A stretch of 64,000 bases of DNA. Source: Octopus vulgaris (taxonomy: Eukaryota). Of this stretch, positions 52,091-63,070 are shown in pieces. The stretch is from positions 20,584,001 to 20,648,000 of the forward strand of contig OX597821.1 of the NCBI GenBank assembly GCA_951406725.2. Reading direction: 5' to 3'. Position 1 is the stretch's first letter. Every line of letters starts with the position of its first letter. The notes beneath the pieces are model-generated. The model was not told the origin of the DNA, did no database searches, and saw nothing but the letters and a program-made list of their open reading frames with translations. Made by a program: the position numbers and the translations under genes.

Positions 52091-52154
<64 letters not shown>

Positions 52155-52259
52155 TGTATTATATATCTATGTATGTATATATGCATATTTAATTACGCAC
52201 ATTCAAATCGCATGTGTTTGAGATAGTGTGTGTGCGGGGTGGTATATGTTTGTGAGTAT

Positions 52260-52456
52260 TTGGAGACACGTCGGTCAGTTGCGTGTGCACTGCACTCATG
52301 ATCGCAAAATTGTGGTTTTGATTATTGGAGATGACGATGCCTTGTGTTCTGTAGGAAAACATAAGATTCCAAGTTGATCTAGTCCATTCCTCTCAAGTGG
52401 CAAAAGAGAGTAATCCTGGAAGGGATCGATGTCCTTTCCAGGTTTGGGGGGATATA
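52260..52456 (+). mobile_element. Degenerate tRNA-derived SINE interrupted by the Helitron
   Basis: Decayed head (..CACTCATGATCGCAAAATTGTGGTTTTGATT..GCCTTGTGTTCT..) resembles the reverse complement of the SINE at 58960-59180. Confidence 0.45.
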
Positions 52457-53011
52457 TCTCTCATATAAAATCCGTTCTGTCTGTTTGTGTGTGTGTCTTC
52501 TCGGATCTCGGGCATCCTCCATCCGATTGCCCTCACATTTGATATGTAGATACCGACGGTATCAGGGCGTGTATAAGTCTTGAAAAAATTACAAAAATTG
52601 ATTCCAGGTGAGAATGCAATCGATAAAGCCGTTTTTGTCCTGCATTTTGTCCGTCAACCTGTACATAACTGCACCTTCCATTTTTTGTTGTTTTTGTATT
52701 GCTTAAAGGCACGTGTCTTTCCTGCCTATCTTACTGTTTAAACCATGTTTGTGTTCTCCCCGTCAACAGCCTTATCATTACTGGTACTTTAAACTGTTCG
52801 GTTGCATATTTGTATGAATAAAATCGTTTTTCTTTGGAATAGAAGAAAAGTCTATCTTTATTTCTTCTTTCGCTGGTGTCTCAGATTTAGGTTAAATCAG
52901 TGTTCTTCAAAGGGGAGGCCTAAGGTACGGTCGGACAAGTTGTTTTGAGAAAATTTTGTTTAAATGTTTGACAGCTCAGCACCGTCCATTGGACGGGGGC
53001 TGTTTTGCTCG
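52457..53011 (+). mobile_element. Non-autonomous Helitron (~555 bp)
   Basis: 5' TC (A|TCTCTCATATAAAA), subterminal GC-rich hairpin CCGTCCA-T-TGGACGG (52982-52996), 3' CTCG|T (CTAG variant), inserted between A and T with no TSD. Confidence 0.75.
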
Positions 53012-53206
53012 TATACCATATACATATACCAGAGATTTCAGTAAAGTGGACTTATGTATGAACTTACAGCTTGGGAAACGCTTTTTGACATAAACGTATA
53101 TATATATTTTAAATCCTCCTTCTTTGTTTCCTTTTCTGAGCGTCCAATAACACTATACTTGTTTCACGTCATCGCGTTGTGTTTTCTCTTTGTACATGTT
53201 TGGATT

Positions 53207-53264
<58 letters not shown>

Positions 53265-53266
<2 letters not shown>

Positions 53267-53392
53267 TAATTTATTATATAGAAGGAGCTTCTACAGGACT
53301 AGTACTGTTTCATTCAAGAGAAATCTTCAGGAAGCTTCCTGAAGATTTCTCTTGAATGAAACAGTACTAGTCCTGTATATATAATAAATTAA
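53265..53392. repeat. Perfect 86-bp palindrome (53292-53377) nested in a further AT-rich inverted repeat; probable PLE-derived inverted duplication
   Basis: 43-bp arms TACAGGACTAGTACTGTTTCATTCAAGAGAAATCTTCAGGAAG|CTTCC.. centred on AAGCTT with no spacer. Outer arms are ATTAATTTATTATATA / TATATAATAAATTAAT. Confidence 0.9.
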
Positions 53393-53455
53393 TTTTACTC
53401 TGCCATGTATTGAGTACCTTACTTACTGTGGTTAACCCCGAATCAACCCGGGACC

Positions 53456-53508
<53 letters not shown>

Positions 53509-53812
53509 ATAAAAGGGTAAATAATTTTTTCGATGGTTTTTCAGACAACCAACAATTATTTACCGGTAGATTTCGGTATGTAAATATGACCTTTAGCATC
53601 GGGAACTTCTGTAGAATTCAGTATATATATGGAATATAAGTAAAAGGGCAGGCCACAGGTTGCTCTGCTGCATACCGAAAGAATTAGAAATAGCAGTCAG
53701 AGACTGTTTATTTCTATTTTCTACAAGTGGGGGCTCTATATACGACATAACACTGCAATTCACATACGCAAAACAGGAGGAGTAAATAAACGAAAACAAT
53801 CCCTTTCCGTTA

Positions 53813-53873
53813 ATGGGGAACTTGTTTCTAGATCGTAGGCGAGAAATTGCCTAATGTCTTTCTTCAGCACCAT
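53813..53873 (-). ncRNA. Degenerate hammerhead ribozyme-like motif in a probable PLE terminal fragment (53505-53965)
   Basis: Minus strand reads ATGGTG-CTGAAGA-(AGA..TAGGC-loop-GCCTA..TCT)-A-GAAA-CAAG-TT-CCCCAT: intact CUGANGA/GAAA core, stem I with one mismatch. Confidence 0.5.
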
Positions 53874-53963
53874 CTTCGTTAGATTTATCAAATGCCACCA
53901 GCCTCCACCTTTTGATCAGGCGTCATCAAATAGTGGGGGGAAGTGTGCATATATTAAAAACTA

Positions 53964-54019
<56 letters not shown>

Positions 54020-54026
54020 TAGATAT

Positions 54027-54071
<45 letters not shown>

Positions 54072-54107
54072 AAGATAGATATGTATAAATATATATATCT
54101 GTATATA

Positions 54108-54400
54108 TACTCGGCAATGCCAACCCGTTCCCACGCCATTTCCGCTCTACCAGTGTTTCACTATAACACCTGTCTGTGTTCGGATTGTCTTTGCACGGGG
54201 GGCATCCGGATTCCCGCCTTAGCCTTGAACTGCATTTTTTTTCTCTTTTCGCTCCTTTTCACCAAGTGAGCTCAACTCCTATCTCCTCTTCATCTGACTT
54301 CCCTCCTCTCATCTCTTCTTCTGACACCTACTTCCTCTACTCACTCCTACCCATTTCTCCTCTCTTCCTCTGACTCCTACTTCCTCTCTTTACTCCTACG
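54108..54400 (+). pseudogene. Penelope-like GIY-YIG C-terminal remnant of a different family, with a pyrimidine-rich 3' region
   Basis: Frameshifted peptide [44 protein letters not shown] resembles the PxxxHF...R...E...P.GLN end of PLE endonucleases. It starts at a (TA)/(TAGA) tract. Confidence 0.65.
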
Positions 54401-54404
54401 CACT

Positions 54405-54743
54405 CAGTTATTTGACTGCGGCGATGCTGGGAGACCGCCTTTAGTCGAACAAATCGACCCAGGGACTTCTTCTTTGTAAGCCTAGTACTTATTCTACTTG
54501 TCTCTTTTCCCGAACCGATAGGTTACGGTGACGTAAACACACCAGCATCTGTTGTCAGGCGATGGTCGGGGGACAAACACAGACGCAAATTCATTCACAT
54601 ACATATATAGGGCTTCTTTCAGATACCATCTACCAAATCCACTGTCAAGGCTTTGGTTGGCCTGAGGCTATAGCAGAAGATACTTGCCTAAAGTGCCACA
54701 CAGTGGGACTGAACCCGAAAGCATATGATTGGGAAGCAAGCTT
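54405..54743 (-). mobile_element. tRNA-derived SINE (abundant octopus family)
   Basis: Contains the reverse B-box GGGACTGAACCC and the recognised body ..GGGCTTCTTTCAG..TCTACCAAATCCACT..CAAGGCTTTGG..GAGGCTATAG.AGAAGA.ACTTGCC.. and TTTGACTGCGGC.ATGCTGG. Confidence 0.8.
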
Positions 54744-56177
54744 AAATCTTATAAGCGATTACCGTACAATGACTAAAGAAAATAGTCTGATAATGGGGCA
54801 TATGTTTTAGTCATTGCACTACAATTTCACTACAAAATTTAGCAGGTTACGAGTTTAGGTTACGTTGGTCACGTTGATTGTGTGAAAGCAGGTGGTACAG
54901 TACGTTTCATGAGCACTAAATAGGCATGTTTTTAAAACTATTTCACTCTACAGAAATCGAACTTGGAACCTAAAATGACACGTTATAAGAAAAGCAACGT
55001 TAAATCTTCAGTTCAGTGCAGTGCTCTCCCTTTTTATGTGAACTCACCGCTTGAAACCTGCTATAAAGTTACGTTTAACAAGAAAAGTTGTATTCTTGAT
55101 TAAATCGATCATCATATATTTATTGCTACTTATTTTATCTAGAGTAAAGTGATAAAGGACGCAATATATTCAAACAGCATTTGAACGTACAACTTATAGA
55201 ACCTACATTAAATACAGTAATGCATTAAGTGCACACCGACTGTTAACTAAATACTCTAATGCATTTCCTTGAACGCTTTAGTATCTTAGCCATTATCATC
55301 GCCATTTCATAACCAAATATATTAAATTGATATCCCATGTTGTAAGATCTAATCTACTTGTTACAAACAACGTATCGATTTTTTTCATGGCTCCCTGGAA
55401 GAGAAAAAGAGCGTAAGTTTCGTTTGATCTGCTTCCACTCTTGAGAAATATAAAATCTATAGACTAACTACCCTATAGGAAAAATTGATATGTTTCTGAT
55501 TTCAAACAAGGATGAAAGCATTACTCTGACAGATATTTATCTAGATTGCAGTGTTTCAGCCAGCTTGAAAGAAAATCGCTGCACTATTGATAAAAAAAAT
55601 GCGCGTCCAATGATAATAACCCATTCAACACTCAAGGGGCACCATTGAAGTCTTCTTCTTTAAATAGCTTGTCTTAGAAAATTACACACAGCAAACGCAT
55701 CATATTTCTATAGTAGAGCTATGAGAAGATATAAGAGCTGTAAGGAGATTTTTTTTTATTGGCCAATTACCTAATTATGTTGTAAACTACAGCAGTGACA
55801 TGATGCTGTTGTTGTAATTGTTGAGCTTGATTAGACTAATGTCAGCTTCGATAGAGCTAATAAATGAACAAGTAAATCCTAGCCAGACATGACCATCACG
55901 TTTCGTATTTCTATATCTATGATTCCATCGTCCATTTATATCTAGTTATATAGTCGGTATCTAAGAGTACATATGTTATTAGTCTTTAAAGGCAATATCT
56001 ATAATATATGAGATTTTGACTGCTGTTTCTGGAAAGATGTGTGACTGCGTATGATTAAGTAACCCGCAAATTATGTACTCGTAGACTGAGCTTTAATGCA
56101 ATATACCTATGGTGAATAGAACGTTCGAGCAACGAGCATCCCGCCTAGTTATCAAAGAGACAGCATCCAGAATGGCT

Positions 56178-56226
56178 ATATTCAATGCTTTAGATTTAAT
56201 GTTCAATGCTTTAGTTTTAATATTCA
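56178..56226. repeat. 21-bp minisatellite, about 2.3 copies
   Basis: ATATTCAATGCTTTAGATTTA / ATGTTCAATGCTTTAGTTTTA / ATATTCA. Confidence 0.8.
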
Positions 56227-57769
56227 GAGCTGAGGGTGATTTGTCGGCTATTTCTAATATGTCGCTTGACAGAATTGTGACATGCACATTGTATCGTAGG
56301 AACACATGTGAACCGCTCCAGGTATTAGCATCTTCTCCATGTGCACAGACCATGTTAACTCTAAATATAAATATGTATGAATGTATGTGCGTTCCGTATT
56401 ATACGTAACAATTTTGCAAATATTTTGCAAATATGTAGCTGTATTATTGCATAAACAGTAATTTTTTTTCTGGATGTTGGCAATAAATTTTATAAAAGCT
56501 TCCTAGAAATTCGGACTGTTTGGTTTATGGCAGAATAACTAAGAATATGCTACACTGTAACAGGTCAGTGGAAAATGTCACTAATTAGAAACATAATTGA
56601 ATTAACTTTAAAAAGTACTTTAGTATAATATTTTCGAAAAGAATCGTATATTCCACACAAATTCTATAATTGTGTATATTTTTCGCACTTGATTATGGAT
56701 ACTAACTTCAAATATTTTCTGAATTATTTGGATGTATCAGTACTAAACCGAAGGAATATTCATGGACGAAATGAAGATTGTCGGCAGAACTTTAAAACAA
56801 TTTAGCCAAATTATAAGTAATCTTATGTGATTATATTTAGAGTCCGTATGAATAAACGCCATCAAAAAACGATACTGGAGATTGTCTTTTGCATATCGTT
56901 TCGGAATATCCAAAGATACTTAATCGAGATTTATATGAAGACGTAATGTCCAAACAGAATACCACATTGGTAAATAATTCTCAAACCAAAGAACAGCTAA
57001 TCTGCTGGATGCGTGAAGAAATTTCCGTCAAATTTAACAATACTTTTTAAAAATAAATGTTGCTTTCGATATTCTAGTTTAGAAATATCTTAGAAATAAC
57101 AATATCTTAGAAATAACGGCACAGTCCATCAAATATGAATGGAGGAGATAGTTCTTACCATCGATTTCTATAGTAATTAAGTGGTATATAAGTAAATCAT
57201 AAAAAGATGACAAACGAAGAAGACTTCGACTGGATATGAACTGAGTTAGTAAACTGTAAAGCAAAATATGACAAGATATTTTAACGACTATCTTACTACA
57301 AGGCTAGGTCGGCGCCATAAGTATAACGCTGTGTTACAGGATCTTTATTCTTACGTAGCAGTTGTTATGTCCTATTTTCTTACCCCTAGAAAGTATGAAA
57401 AATGACTTACAGTTCCTTCAAACTTTGCTTTTGTTACTGTATTTATTCATATACCAAGGAACCCCGCTATGACGATCAGTCATTAAGGGGCAAGCTCAAG
57501 TGATTAGGGTTAGGCAACTTACAAATCAGTCTGTGTTAATGAGCAGAATATTTGTTATAACGATATTTCCGCATCAGCAGATCAGCGCTGAATCAGTCAA
57601 TGGAAAACAGGTCAGTTTAAAAACATTAACGTGCAGGTCACAAAAAGCAAAGCTTGAAGGGAATAGAAGACATTTCCTTTTGATTTTTAGATAGAACCAA
57701 ATATGAAATAATACTTATTAACCAAAGGCAAAAGTAAAACTAGAAATTTTGTTGCACAGTATAATTCTG

Positions 57770-57960
57770 AATTTAGGCACAGGATCAGCAAATTCGAATA
57801 AGGAATTAGTCGATATCATTGATTCCAGTACATGACTCCGGTACTAGACTTGAAAAAAGCCAATGATGACCTAGTTGGGATTTGAACTCGTGCTATATTG
57901 AGCTGCAACAATTATCGAAATGCATCTCTTTCCAGATATCTATTGAGGCTGCAAAACCAC
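57770..57960 (-). mobile_element. Highly degenerate SINE copy
   Basis: AGGCACA.G..CAGCAAATT, GGTACT and GGGATTTGAACTC motifs appear in the same order as in 48845-49047. Confidence 0.5.
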
Positions 57961-58543
57961 AAGCCCCATCAGTATAGCAATAATATTTATTAAACTGGAA
58001 ATAAAGAGGGTCAGAAATAGAACACCAATAATCATGTCTCTGACCATAGTTATGTGTGATCTGATGATTCGAAAAATTTTACTGCGGTGCACCTATCAGC
58101 TATATTAATGCTTTAACAGCAAATAGGGACGTTGCAAATGTAACAGGTTTATAGCAACGTATCAATCTATAAGTATAAAAATGATTCTTTAGAACAGCAA
58201 ACAATTTACGTTGAAGTATTCAGTCGGCGTTGTTTACGTTCTCTGTTCAAATAGCTTCGGGGTAAAAAGATTGTCTTTCATCTTAACAGAGGGTGATAAA
58301 ATAATGTGACAGTCACGTAGTGGTATCGATTAGTTTTTTTTCATTATATCTTAACCAAAGAGATTGCTCTTGTACCAATGTTAGAAATCAATAATTACGA
58401 GGACTGATATGTAATGACAGATAATTTCTTTCGTTTTTTCCCCATTAACCCTTATTTTTCGTCAACAATTTTATATAGATACATATAAGTACAGAAGTAC
58501 AATCATATATAGATACATACATGTAAATATATGTATATATATA

Positions 58544-58593
<50 letters not shown>

Positions 58594-58619
58594 GCGTTAT
58601 ACATACATACAAACATACA

Positions 58620-58837
58620 TACGAGAAGATTCTGAACAGTTCCTGGCTTTAAGAGAATCGCGTTAAAGGCCTGGCTGGAAGCCCAAACTTCCGAATTCTT
58701 TTACAGGGCTTAGAAAACTGAAGAACAGTTGCAATAAGGATGAATCTGAAAAGAAAATATGTTGAATAAATCCATAATTAATTGTTCCTCTTGTATTTAC
58801 TTTTAACCAAACCCGTGAACTTTCAGGACCCCTAGTA
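58620..58837 (+). mobile_element. Tc1/mariner-derived MITE
   Basis: Imperfect TIRs TA-CGAG....CTGAACAGTTCCTGGCTTT / AAACCCGTGAACTTTCAGGACCCCTAG-TA flanked by TA. Interior encodes the mariner transposase C-terminus remnant ALKAWLEAQTSEFF..GLRKL..C.K..YVE*. Confidence 0.8.
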
Positions 58838-58959
58838 TAAGTGAATATATACACAGGTATGTATGTGTGTGTGAGTGTGTGTGTGTGTGTGTGTATGTGT
58901 GTGTATGTGTGCGTGCGTGCGTGCGCTCGCAGGCATGTAAATATAAACGTCCCACTCAA

Positions 58960-59180
58960 TCTACAGGATCATAAGTCTAGATTTCCCCTATTCGGCGCTA
59001 TATCACTTCCTCATATGGACTGAGTACAGGATTACTCATTTTTGCCAGCTGAGTGGAGTGAAGCAACAGAAAATGAAGTGTTTTGCTCAAGAACACTGCG
59101 CATCGCCCGGTCCAAGAATCGAAAGCATTATCTTACGATCTGTCTTGGCTGCAACGCCTAAATCTGTTATCCATGTGGCA
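58960..59180 (-). mobile_element. tRNA-derived SINE
   Basis: Reverse B-box-like AGAATCGAAAGC next to the body motif TACTCATTTTTGCCAGCTGAGTGG..AAGTGTTTTGCTCAAGAACAC. Confidence 0.7.
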
Positions 59181-59193
59181 TGTTTATATGGCG

Positions 59194-59263
<70 letters not shown>

Positions 59264-59330
59264 TATGTATGTACGAGTAAGTGGATAAACTAAAGAGGAA
59301 CGGTCAACAAATTTATTGCGAGTTATATGC

Positions 59331-59493
59331 ATCGATAAAATCAGTTTGATTCAAATTTGTTGGTAATTTTGAGTTTCAAGTTCGACGCTAGTCTTCAACC
59401 ATTTTGAATTTGAAATTCAAAACGGCGGAAGACTAGCGTCATGCTTGAAACTCAAGAATACCAGCGAATTTGAATCAAAGTATTTTGATCGAT
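59331..59493. repeat. ~163-bp imperfect fold-back palindrome (MITE-like)
   Basis: Paired blocks TTTGATTCAAATT/AATTTGAATCAAA, TTGAGTTTCAAG/CTTGAAACTCAA, GACGCTAGTCTTC/GAAGACTAGCGTC and TTTTGAATTT-G-AAATTCAAAA (centre 59412). Confidence 0.9.
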
Positions 59494-60419
59494 ATATATT
59501 TCTGCGTTTGACATTTTTGTCCTGGTGTAGAGAATCTGCATCAAAGAAAGATGATACACCATCCATATTTATACAGTGCCTTTGCTAACTCTTTGAATCC
59601 TTCCAATTGTTAATACAGAAAATTTATTTTAATATAAATGCCTCTTGTTTCTAGTAGATCCGTCTGGAGTCTCCGGTACTGGCTCAAAATTACATATACC
59701 GTTATTTTGTCAATTGTTATTTCACCATCTATATATTTGTTGGTCAGATCAAGAAAATTCTACTACTTGTACCATGTAACTGAATACTACATGACCCATG
59801 TAACCGAGATCTAGATGTCCCATGGCCCAGCGGATGGCGACAGAATCGAAGCCCTCCCACAATAAGCTTTTTAGGTAAGTAGTGTGTTTTGGACACTTTT
59901 CAGGAATAAAGACAAGACCAAGCAAATGTCGGATGGGTTCCTTGTGAGCCAAAAGCAATGCACACCAGTCGTGTCTCATTGAAGAACTCTGCACCTGGGC
60001 TGGCATACCTTACAGCCACTTGAAGACCGTACCCACGGAAATACCAATGAAAGACTTAGTACACTTTCAAGTTGGAGTGTTGTGACGTACATCAAAAGGA
60101 AGTATATATACAGCTGGATATTTATAAGCAGATATAAACAAGTATAGGGAAATATCCGCACATGCGCACATCTACATACCCCTAAATATACATACATATA
60201 TCAACGAATTCATAAAAACACGTTCAAATGTATATCATTAAAACTTTATGCATTTATGTATGTCCTTATTCTTTGACAATAGAGAAAGAGCCGGTTTGTA
60301 ACCTAGATACAAGTCCCCTTCCATTTTTGTATGTACGCACTATTATATATACTAAAATAATCTTTTACTCAGAAGGTTTACGTGTATGGGACTATTTCAA
60401 ACGGCTTTTAGCGTTGATT

Positions 60420-61800
60420 TAGTCCATGAGCCACGGCAGCTATCGGCACTATCTGGGGTGAATATACCTAAATGGTATTAAAATGTTTACAGGGTCACTA
60501 TGAATATAAAAAAATGTGATAGCTTTTTGAGCTCGGTAGCTTCGTTCTGTTTTTGCAGATTTATGAAATTTCACCGATACTCATACTGGAGTACATCTGC
60601 GCGTGATGACTACAACACATATAACATCGTTCACACATCTAGCAGAATTTTGACTGACCAGAACAAAGTCCTCGTATACCAAAACAGTTTTTCCATGGCT
60701 GATCTTGTCAAAAAACACCACAAACTGGATCAGGAGCTACGAGAATTAAAGACAATTCTGTCTGAGGACTCTCTAGCCAAAGCAGTAGTGCCGCTAAGAC
60801 AGCAGATAAAGAAACATGATCTCGGTCAAACATGGCCACCAAGCACCGAGCAAAATGTCATTTCCGACAACAAATTTCTCTATTTCCTGCTGACTGTGGA
60901 AAGCGAGTGTGCAAATCCCTCAGAAAGGGTGAAGCATCTTGCTACTTTTTTGGAAGTGACCTGGCATTTGCTGTTATTTGTCGTAAAACAAAGCTCTGGA
61001 TACTTACGTTCTGATTTTGTGCCTGGGGTTCTGTAACAAAATCATGAACTCCTTGTACCAGAAGTGTGGTACAAAGAGCAGAACACGTTTCCTTGACATT
61101 ACGAAAATAAATCATGCACTGGGAGGTGATACCTTTGATACTTTGACTGGATTTGATCACAGTCTGTGATAGTCAGTGCAGTTGCTGGCCGTGGAAAGCT
61201 GACAACGTTCAGACAGATGAAATCCAACAAGGCTTTCCAAGGAGCCTTCAGTGAATTGGGGCGGTCGGGGGATGTATCTCCTGAACTGTTTCAAAAGTTA
61301 CAGATGGTAACCTTCCAAATGTACATGCCTTCTGTTTCAACAACTGAAGTAAATAAACTTTGATACCAACTTTTTTGCGCCAGACGTGGAGAAATTGAGT
61401 CGAGTCAACTACCTCCATGTGATGACTACCTGTTCATACATGCTCTTCGTGCAAACTACCAAGCAGCCATCTGGAGAAGGTGTCTACAGGCCCAAACTTT
61501 TGTTCCGATCAACATTGAGAGTGGTTGAAAATTAGGCGAGGAGGATGATCTCGCCATTGCTTGGATGCACAGCTCATCTGCACTGGATGCTGTCTTTCAG
61601 CTTTTGTTCTGTAAATGTATGCTTTCCTGCAAACTTCCAGTATACAACTGCCTCAGCAATAACTTGAGATGTACAGACATGTGCAAGTTACGAACATGCA
61701 ACCACCAGGCTCCTGAATTCAACAGAGAACCAGAATTAGAACTGACTGATTCTGAGGAAGACCACGATGATTAACTTTATGGTATGCTGGGTATCCGTGG
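60420..61800 (+). mobile_element. Internally deleted, decayed Academ (AcademX-type) DNA transposon
   Basis: N-terminal region (LRQQIKK..WPP..SERVKHL..FGSDLAFAV) is joined at ~60995 to an XPG/FEN1-like region (DTYVLIL..LYQKCGTKSRTRFLDI..TVCD..VSAVAGRGK..LPPC..HALRANYQAAIW) and a C-terminal Cys-rich finger (CKC..SC..NC..LRCTDMCK..C.N). Several stops and frameshifts. Candidate left terminus TAGTCCATGAGCC at 60420; right terminus not found. Confidence 0.75.
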
Positions 61801-62679
61801 CAAATCTAGAACCTGGCTAACCTGCAACTGCTATACTACCATGCTACCAGAAAATCTTTGTTGACTTGAAAATAATCGATACAATCTTTGTCAGTGGCAT
61901 GACATGTGTACCAACGAGAAAACTGAACAGTCTTGATGCGTCATACTTGCTTTTATGTTCATGACATATCATGCATACGAAATATGCAATTCAAATTTAT
62001 ATTAAGTATCAACACATATTGATTAAATTCTGATCTGTGAATCATTTCTTTACCCTCGCAATATTATAAAATCAAAGATGTTTGTGAATTTTTTGTACAG
62101 AGTTTCTTATGGAGGGTATGTCTATTTACGAGGTGATAATTACTACTAAGCTATCATTCTGATCCAAACATTCCTGTTTGGGTCAGTTTAATATATGCTC
62201 TAATATTCTATTTCTACAACTAGCCTGTAAACAACATTTGCATTTTCTTTACTTTTATTATTATCATTATTTTTTTGGAAAAAAAGTGCATTTATTGGTT
62301 GCATGAATATGACCTATAGTCACGCATTTACGTATTTTTAGGTAAAGCTAAAGATGAATGTATATAATTATAGCAGCATTTATATAATGAGCCTCTGGCT
62401 TCGATGCTGCAGCCGAAAAAGTGTAGAATGATTGAAAAAAAACCTCAAACATGAAGCATCAGAATGATTAATGCTATTTAAATACACAACAACAAAAAGT
62501 ATTGAAAAGACAAAAATAATTCATCGAACAATATCTACAAAACCTCATCAATGTAATTAGAAATAAAATCCGCAAATTGGAAAGCCTCCAAATGCAATAG
62601 TGATTTTTTTCCAAGACGTCAGTATGCAATTACAAATTACTGCACCCTCTATGTGTGTGTTTATGGAAGTATGCATGTA

Positions 62680-63070
62680 TAAACACATGTATTTATATAT
62701 GCATATGATTATATAGGCATGCGTGTATATAAATATATATGTATACATATATAATTAATATATACATATATTCATATATATGTTTACATACATGCATACA
62801 TGTATATATATATATATACACAAGTATAGACCACAATGTGCAAACCCACACACACATGCGTGTGCATGTATGTGCATTTATATCTATGTCAGTGTCCTTG
62901 TCTGTGTGTCTGTGTCTCTGCGTCCTCGTCCGTATGTCTATAAATATCTCTCTATCTCTTTCTCAGTCTCTCTCTCTCTTTCTCTCTCTCTAAATATATA
63001 TATATATATATATACAAACATACATACATACCCACACGCATACATATATATATATACATACATTTATGCA
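62680..63070. repeat. Degenerate (TA)/(CA)/(TC) microsatellite region
   Basis: Directly visible. Confidence 0.9.

Noticed and set aside
54767-54816. 11-bp inverted repeat CAATGACTAAA/TTTAGTCATTG
   Set aside because: Too short to assign; probably a MITE or Helentron remnant.
56093-57250. Coding exons (ORFs 56093-56353, 56109-56408 and a protein-like stretch near 56870-57050)
   Set aside because: No recognisable domain, partly explained by a 21-bp minisatellite, and no consistent splice sites.
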